A DNA stretch of 54,849 nt from an uncultured Hippea sp. (GTDB lineage Bacteria > Campylobacterota_A > Desulfurellia > JAADFJ01), in assembly GCA_913009315.1 (NCBI GenBank), contig CAJVZA010000003.1, forward strand, positions 1 through 54,849. Reading direction: 5' to 3'. The translations under genes and the position numbers were made by a program. This document shows, piece after piece, positions 49,891-54,849 of this stretch (position 1 is the stretch's first letter; each line of letters begins with the position of its first letter). The notes beneath the pieces were generated by a model that had not been told where the DNA came from, did no database searches, and worked only from the letters and a program-made list of their open reading frames with translations.

Positions 49891-50957
49891 TTGAGCACAG
49901 AGTGTTTCTTTGAAATCTTCGGAATATAGGCGCAATACGGTTCTTCGGCCATATAATCACCATAAATTGCGTCTGCGCGCGCCCTGCATCCGCCGCATAC
50001 ATTAAGAAATTCACATTCTCCGCATTTTCCTTTATAACTTTTAAAGTCACGCATATCCCTGAATATTTTACTTTCTTCCCAGATTTTATGAAACGGTGTT
50101 TTGAATACATTTCCGGCAGAGCGCAGGAAGTAACTGCACGGCTTGACATCACCGTTTGCCGTTATAAGAGCTATCAGCTGGCCGGCAAGGCATCCTTTGG
50201 AGCCTCCGGTAGAAAATTTCAAATTACGCCTTTTATATTTGATGCCGTTTCTATAGGAGTTCTGAAGGGCAATTCTATAATACTGCGGAGCGCATGTAGG
50301 TCTGACAAGAATATCATTTTCCTCCATTTCTCTGTCAAAATGCCATTTCAGTATTTCTTCATATTCATCAGCCTGCACCAGCTCATTCAGGAGATTTTCT
50401 CCTCTTCCGGTAGGGACAATCAGAAACAAATACCATGCCGTTGCTCCAAGAGATTTGGCAAGTTTGTAAACCTCAGGAATATCATCTTTGTTTCTTTGAG
50501 TAAAGGAAGAGTTGATGATAAATGGAATATCATGTTTTTTGAAAAGTCTGGCGGCTCTTACAGTTCCATCAAATGCCCCTTTTGCTTTTCTGAAGTCATC
50601 ATGAGTTTGGGCATTTTTTCCGTCAAGCGACAAGGAAACAATCTTGATGCCGGAAGTTTTTATTTTTTCGCAAGTTTTGTCATTAACAAGAATTCCGTTT
50701 GTAGCCATAGCCATTCTCAGACCTTTGTCTGTCCCGTATTTTGCAATATCAAAAACATCTTCTCTTAAAAGAGGTTCTCCGCCGGTCAAAACCATGACCG
50801 GATTGTAGCGGGAGGCTATTTCATCGATAAGTTTGAATGCGGCATCTGTATTGAAATAATCTTTATGATACATATCTGCAGAACATCTGCAGTGAATACA
50901 GGAAAGATTGCATCGCTCCGTAAGCTCCCATGCAATCCATTTGGGAACGAACTCCAT
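49887..50957 (-). CDS. Radical SAM/SPASM heme biosynthesis protein, AhbD-like (putative coproheme decarboxylase)
   Basis: [39 protein letters not shown] and a SPASM domain (GCLAG...KPC...[15 protein letters not shown]). Confidence 0.8.
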   Translation of the reverse strand: MEFVPKWIAWELTERCNLSCIHCRCSADMYHKDYFNTDAAFKLIDEIASRYNPVMVLTGGEPLLREDVFDIAKYGTDKGLRMAMATNGILVNDKTCEKIKTSGIKIVSLSLDGKNAQTHDDFRKAKGAFDGTVRAARLFKKHDIPFIINSSFTQRNKDDIPEVYKLAKSLGATAWYLFLIVPTGRGENLLNELVQADEYEEILKWHFDREMEENDILVRPTCAPQYYRIALQNSYRNGIKYKRRNLKFSTGGSKGCLAGQLIALITANGDVKPCSYFLRSAGNVFKTPFHKIWEESKIFRDMRDFKSYKGKCGECEFLNVCGGCRARADAIYGDYMAEEPYCAYIPKISKKHSVLK

Positions 50958-51154
50958 TAAACTTGTTTATTGGTTTTGCAGGTTCCGATTCCAAAAACCG
51001 CATAAAGCCGGCAGATGCCCGCAGCGTCTGTAATCAGAGGAATTAATCCTGTCCGTCCCGGGGATATTTTGTGTCCGGCAAAAACAAGCGGCAGAAGTAT
51101 AATATCTAAAATTATTCTTACAATTTTGTCCGCTGTTGATTCGTCAACCTTCAT
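50957..51154 (-). CDS. YgaP/DUF2892-like small membrane protein (divergent)
   Basis: GGGGAGG RBS; D..VRI and GLIPLIT...G.C.LY..FGI.TC pattern, with CPLY read as CRLY. Confidence 0.6.
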   Translation of the reverse strand: MKVDESTADKIVRIILDIILLPLVFAGHKISPGRTGLIPLITDAAGICRLYAVFGIGTCKTNKQV

Positions 51155-51174
51155 CAAAACCTCCCCAAACAAAG

Positions 51175-51249
51175 TGGTAGCCCCACAGGGAATTGAACCC
51201 TGGTTTCCGACGTGAGAGGCCGGCGTCCTAACCGCTAGACTATAGGGCC
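51175..51249 (-). tRNA. tRNA-Glu (anticodon CTC)
   Basis: Acceptor GGCCCTA/TGGGGCT, anticodon arm CCGGC-CTCTCAC-GTCGG, T-loop GTTCAATT, encoded CCA. Confidence 0.96.
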
Positions 51250-51252
51250 TTG

Positions 51253-51326
51253 TGGTTGGGGAGAGAGGATTCGAACCTCTATAACAAGATTCAGAGCCTT
51301 GGGTCCTGCCATTAGACGACTCCCCA
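51253..51326 (-). tRNA. tRNA-Gln (anticodon CTG)
   Basis: Acceptor TGGGGAG/CTCCCCA, anticodon arm CAAGG-CTCTGAA-TCTTG, GTTCGAATC, encoded CCA. Confidence 0.96.
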
Positions 51327-51340
51327 GCAACAGCAGAGCA

Positions 51341-51369
51341 AAAATAGCGCATAAATTCTCTTTTGTCAA
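51341..51369 (-). promoter_or_regulatory. Sigma70 promoter for the tRNA/heme transcript
   Basis: Minus strand TTGACA-N17-TATTTT upstream of tRNA-Gln. Confidence 0.6.
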
Positions 51370-51406
51370 CCGGATAATAAGATCGCCGCGTGCAGAAAGT
51401 GAGTTA

Positions 51407-51435
51407 TTGACAAGCAAAACCAAACAAAATAGAAT
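51407..51435 (+). promoter_or_regulatory. Sigma70 promoter for the riboswitch-dynamin transcript
   Basis: TTGACA-N17-TAGAAT, 14 bp before the aptamer. Confidence 0.8.
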
Positions 51436-51449
51436 ATCACTTTATTTGC

Positions 51450-51495
51450 GGTGATGGAGTTCGCCCAATCGCCTTTTTAGGCTGATAACTCCTGC
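51450..51495 (+). ncRNA. Fluoride riboswitch (crcB motif)
   Basis: GGTGATGGAGTTCGCC-CAATC-GCCT/AGGC-TGATAACTCCTGC: P1 GGTGA/TCGCC, P2 GCCT/AGGC and pseudoknot GGAGT/ACTCC. Confidence 0.92.
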
Positions 51496-51519
51496 AAACA
51501 ACAGTTATAAGGAGTTGGC

Positions 51520-53301
51520 ATGTCGGGAAACCATATTGGCAAGAGCAAAACAGCCGAATATGATAAAGAAGATTTTTTGCATAACACCATAAAGTGCTCT
51601 ATAGATGTTCTTGCTGAATCGGATATTGATTTTGAGCAGGAGATTTTTAAACTTAAAGCAATAGATGATCGTTTGGAAAATGAACGCTTTCATCTCGCCG
51701 TTTTGGGGCAGTTCAAACGCGGAAAAAGTACCTTTGTCAACGCATTGATGGGCGAAGAAATCCTGCCCTCTTCTGTTTTGCCTCTTACTTCTATTCCAAC
51801 TTATATTCAGTTCGGCAAACAGCGTTCGGTTGAGATATCCTTTGATGACAAAAGTGATAAAGAAACTCTGACCGATGATTCCGCAAGCAATCTAAACAGT
51901 TTTCTTGCACGATATGTAACCGAATCATCGAACTCTAAAAATCACCTTAATGTATCGTATGTCAATGTTTTTTATCCTTCCGAACTCCTTGAGAACGGTA
52001 TTGTACTTATAGATACGCCGGGAATAGGTTCCGTGCACGAACATAATACTGAAGCAACACTCAATTTTCTGCCCCAGTGCGACGCAGCAATTTTTGTAGT
52101 TTCCGTTGACCCTCCAATAACAAAAACAGAGATTGAATTTTTAAAAAAGATAGAGCAGAGTATTCCCAAGTTATTTTTCGTTTTGAATAAAATTGATTAT
52201 TTAAAAGGGCAGGATCTAACGCTTTCGATAGAGTTTTTAAAAAAGACGCTCTATAACCGCAATCATGCAAACATTGATAATATCTCTATTTATCCTGTCT
52301 CCGCTCTGATGGGCATCAATGCTGTGAAAGAAAATGATGTACAGAAATTAAAAGAAAGCGGAATTTATGATTTTAAGACTGAACTAATCAATTTTTTTAA
52401 AGATAAAAAGAAGGCGCTGCTCAACGAAGCGCTTCAGAAAAAAACAGATAATATTCTGAAAGCAGTTAGAATGAAGATTGATCTCGCAATTAAAGCGCAG
52501 AGAATGCCGCTGGAGGAACTAAATAACTGCCTTAATCTGTTCAACGAAAAGCTTTCTGAAGTAGAGACTCAAAAGGTTGTTGCCAGTGATCTTTTGAGCG
52601 GAGACAAGAGACGTTTGACGGCATCATTAGAAGAGTATGCCGAAAAGTTACGCGGCGAGGCAAGGACATATTTAAAAACAATTATGAAAGAAGCCTTCGC
52701 AAAAAACGGTTCGGGCGAAATTGATTACGACACAATTTATAATGCGGTTGCGGAACCTATTCCATCATACTTTGAACATAAATTCGGTGAGCTTTTCGAT
52801 GAATTTAATTCCAGGATAACCGAAATATTAAATCGTCATAATCAAAAATTAAATACTCTGACGCAATCTGTCTGGCAAGCGGCGGCAGATATTTTCAGCA
52901 TCAGCTATTATCATTTTGAAGGTTCCGGAACTATTTCCGGCAGATACAAACCGTATTGGACTACACACAAATGGGATACAAGCTTTACCCCAAACCCGGA
53001 AGGTATGCTCGAGCATTTTTTGCCGCAGAAAATGAAGAGACTGAGTATCGCAAAACGTGTCAATAAACAGATAGATCTAATTGTAATGCATAATGTGGAG
53101 AACCTTCGCTTTTCCCTGATTCAGAATATAAATACTCTCTTTGCCTCTTTTGCGCAGACATTTGATCAGAATATTGAGGAAACCATATCAAATATAAAAA
53201 ATGTTATATCTGAAACGGTTGAAAAATATAAAAATAGAACAGAATCGTCAGAGAAAAGTATCGTGAATCTCCAATCGGTTTTAACTCGTCTCATGCGCTA
53301 A
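51520..53301 (+). CDS. Bacterial dynamin-like GTPase
   Basis: G1 GQFKRGKS, G2 Thr (PLTS), G3 DTPG, G4 NKID, and a long helical C-terminus. Confidence 0.9.
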   Translation: MSGNHIGKSKTAEYDKEDFLHNTIKCSIDVLAESDIDFEQEIFKLKAIDDRLENERFHLAVLGQFKRGKSTFVNALMGEEILPSSVLPLTSIPTYIQFGKQRSVEISFDDKSDKETLTDDSASNLNSFLARYVTESSNSKNHLNVSYVNVFYPSELLENGIVLIDTPGIGSVHEHNTEATLNFLPQCDAAIFVVSVDPPITKTEIEFLKKIEQSIPKLFFVLNKIDYLKGQDLTLSIEFLKKTLYNRNHANIDNISIYPVSALMGINAVKENDVQKLKESGIYDFKTELINFFKDKKKALLNEALQKKTDNILKAVRMKIDLAIKAQRMPLEELNNCLNLFNEKLSEVETQKVVASDLLSGDKRRLTASLEEYAEKLRGEARTYLKTIMKEAFAKNGSGEIDYDTIYNAVAEPIPSYFEHKFGELFDEFNSRITEILNRHNQKLNTLTQSVWQAAADIFSISYYHFEGSGTISGRYKPYWTTHKWDTSFTPNPEGMLEHFLPQKMKRLSIAKRVNKQIDLIVMHNVENLRFSLIQNINTLFASFAQTFDQNIEETISNIKNVISETVEKYKNRTESSEKSIVNLQSVLTRLMR

Positions 53302-53350
53302 AGGAATTCATCATTATCAATAGTTTCGATATTTTCTCCGTTATTACATT

Positions 53351-53581
53351 GAGACTGCTTCGGCCTGCGGCCTCGCAGTGACAGAAAACAGAGGCCGTTG
53401 CCTTGAAATTTCCTTTTCGTCGTTGCGAGCGAAGAGCGGCAATCTCAGTTTCTTATGTATCACAGGCATCCTGCCTGTGTTCTCTTCTCTCTTTATCCGC
53501 ATTTGAGAAAAGATATTAAGAAAATCTTCTGATGAAGCGTATAAAATAAGGGCGACTCTAAGAGCCATATACGGTCATAGC
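53351..53581. repeat. REP cluster plus first copy (53437-53581) of a ~145-bp direct repeat
   Basis: 53351-53446 resembles 39991-40087; 53437-53581 is nearly identical to 54704-54849. Confidence 0.88.
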
Positions 53582-53680
53582 TTTAATAAAAGGAATTAAC
53601 AGTCGAATTAACAGGGTCAGATGACCCTGTGACCCTTGCACATAATGCGAGATACAACTCCCAAGATTTCCATCTATGAG

Positions 53681-53968
53681 TTAGAACTTTTTGTAAACGT
53701 GAGGATGCTTACCAATCATCACCAGATTAAGATAATGTCTATCAATTTTAAAAACCAACAACCAATCATTTTTAACATGGATTATCTCATAGGATTGCAT
53801 ATTTCCAGATAATATATGCCTCTTGAAACGTTTATCTATAGGTTGCCCATTTAATAAGTTATCGACAATTTTTTTTAACAGATTAAAATCTTTTGCAGAA
53901 TAGTTGCCGGATTTTTTATCTCTTTGAATATCCTTTTTGAAAGATTTCTCAATTCTTATTTCAAGCAC
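53681..53968 (-). CDS. yafQ: YafQ-family mRNA interferase toxin
   Basis: FKKD, H.LSGN, E.IHVK.DWLL..K and L...G.H motifs. Confidence 0.85.
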   Translation of the reverse strand: MLEIRIEKSFKKDIQRDKKSGNYSAKDFNLLKKIVDNLLNGQPIDKRFKRHILSGNMQSYEIIHVKNDWLLVFKIDRHYLNLVMIGKHPHVYKKF

Positions 53969-53972
53969 TTAC

Positions 53973-54224
53973 TTATATGCCTAAATCCTCCGCAAGCTCC
54001 TTTGCATCTTTATATATAGAACTGTTTCGATTATTGTCTATATTTTTAATTCTTGAGCTCAGTTCATCAGTTATAGAAAGATCAAAAGGAAATCTTTTCT
54101 CCATAGCAACCTTTGCCAAAAATATGTTAGTGGCATCACCAAAGCTCATACCAAAAGCAGCAAAAACCTTCTTGGCTTCTCTATAAAATTTATCTTCAAC
54201 TCGCACACTTGTTTGAATTTTCAA
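53973..54224 (-). CDS. dinJ: RelB/DinJ-family antitoxin
   Basis: SVRVE......A..VF..FGMS..DA.NIFL.......FPF motif; AAGGAGG RBS, TTG start. Confidence 0.85.
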   Translation of the reverse strand: MKIQTSVRVEDKFYREAKKVFAAFGMSFGDATNIFLAKVAMEKRFPFDLSITDELSSRIKNIDNNRNSSIYKDAKELAEDLGI

Positions 54225-54236
54225 TCTTCCCTCCTT

Positions 54237-54283
54237 GAATACACCATATGGAGTATTCTAATATAGGCTCACTTGTCTGTCAA
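54237..54283 (-). promoter_or_regulatory. dinJ-yafQ promoter and operator
   Basis: Minus strand TTGACA-N17-TAGAAT; palindrome GAATAC-A-CCATATGG-A-GTATTC (54237-54258). Confidence 0.75.
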
Positions 54284-54464
54284 GTGTTTTTTTGAAACAA
54301 TTTTAAGGAACTAACAAGGTCAGGTCTGGCCCCAAGGTCTTGAATTCAGTTATTCTTCTGATACTATTCAGACATTATGACACGTTCTTTAAGACTCTCC
54401 TTTGAAAACGCATTTTATCATATAATCGCAAGAGGCAGTAAAAAAAGAGAAATATCCAATGTTG

Positions 54465-54849
54465 AGAGGTTGTTGATAAACTCCTATGTGTCGTTGCGAG
54501 CACCGAAAGGTGCGTGACAATCCCTTTATTGTCAACGTTTTTTGAGATTGCTTCGCTTCGCTCGCAATGACCTTCCTTCTTTTGTCACTGCGAGGCCGCA
54601 GGCCGAAGCAGTCTCAGCTTCTTCGCGTATCACAGGCATCTTGCCTGTAGGTTTAAATCAGGGAGTTTTGTCAAATGCAAAGACACGACCCCAATATGTT
54701 ACTCGGCAATCTCAGCTTCTTATGTATCACAGGCATCTTGCCTGTGTTCTCTTCTCTCTTTAATCCGCATTTGAGAAAAGATGTTAAGAAAATCTTCTGA
54801 TGAAGCGTATAAAATAAGGGCGACTCTAAGAGCCATATACGGTCATAGC
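54465..54849. repeat. Composite REP array, inverted GGGGTC end and second direct-repeat copy
   Basis: 54465-54556 is an inverted relative of 40161-40248; GAGTTTTGTCAAATGCAAAGACACGACCCCA at 54663-54693; 54704-54849 repeats 53437-53581. Confidence 0.88.

Noticed and set aside
50957-51352. 131-aa ORF from the track
   Set aside because: Its 5' half reads through two tRNA genes; only 50957-51154 has an RBS and a protein-like pattern.

Overview
A 54.8 kb bacterial chromosomal segment, moderately AT-rich. Gene content suggests a Desulfobacterota/Desulfurellales-like anaerobe, but taxonomy is inference only. Both ends lie inside repeats, so this is probably a whole contig. Bases 1-34.1 kb are mostly housekeeping: an aromatic-acid CoA-ligase module, hrcA-grpE-dnaK-dnaJ with a CIRCE, a ClC-CBS transporter, rpsB-tsf-pyrH-frr-uppS-cdsA-dxr-rseP-ispG-glmU-glmS-pcrA-secB, nfeD/SPFH, pyrFE, nusB, the rib operon, galU and hemB. 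Bases 34.1-46.6 kb form a decayed accessory island not evident from the ORF track. It holds a degenerate integron (intI remnant, attI-like site, one canonical attC cassette), an internally deleted REP-associated tyrosine transposase (RAYT), an IS3-type MITE, several REP families and several toxin-antitoxin modules. One 34-bp GGGGTC-type repeat sits right at the 3' end of unrelated cargo genes. Bases 46.6-54.8 kb hold a tRNA-Gln/tRNA-Glu-led heme operon (radical SAM AhbD-like, hemE, hemH, hemY), a fluoride riboswitch with a clear anti-Shine-Dalgarno platform in front of a dynamin-like GTPase, and a repeat-flanked dinJ-yafQ module. No CRISPR array or rRNA was seen. All family assignments come from motif recognition, not database searches.
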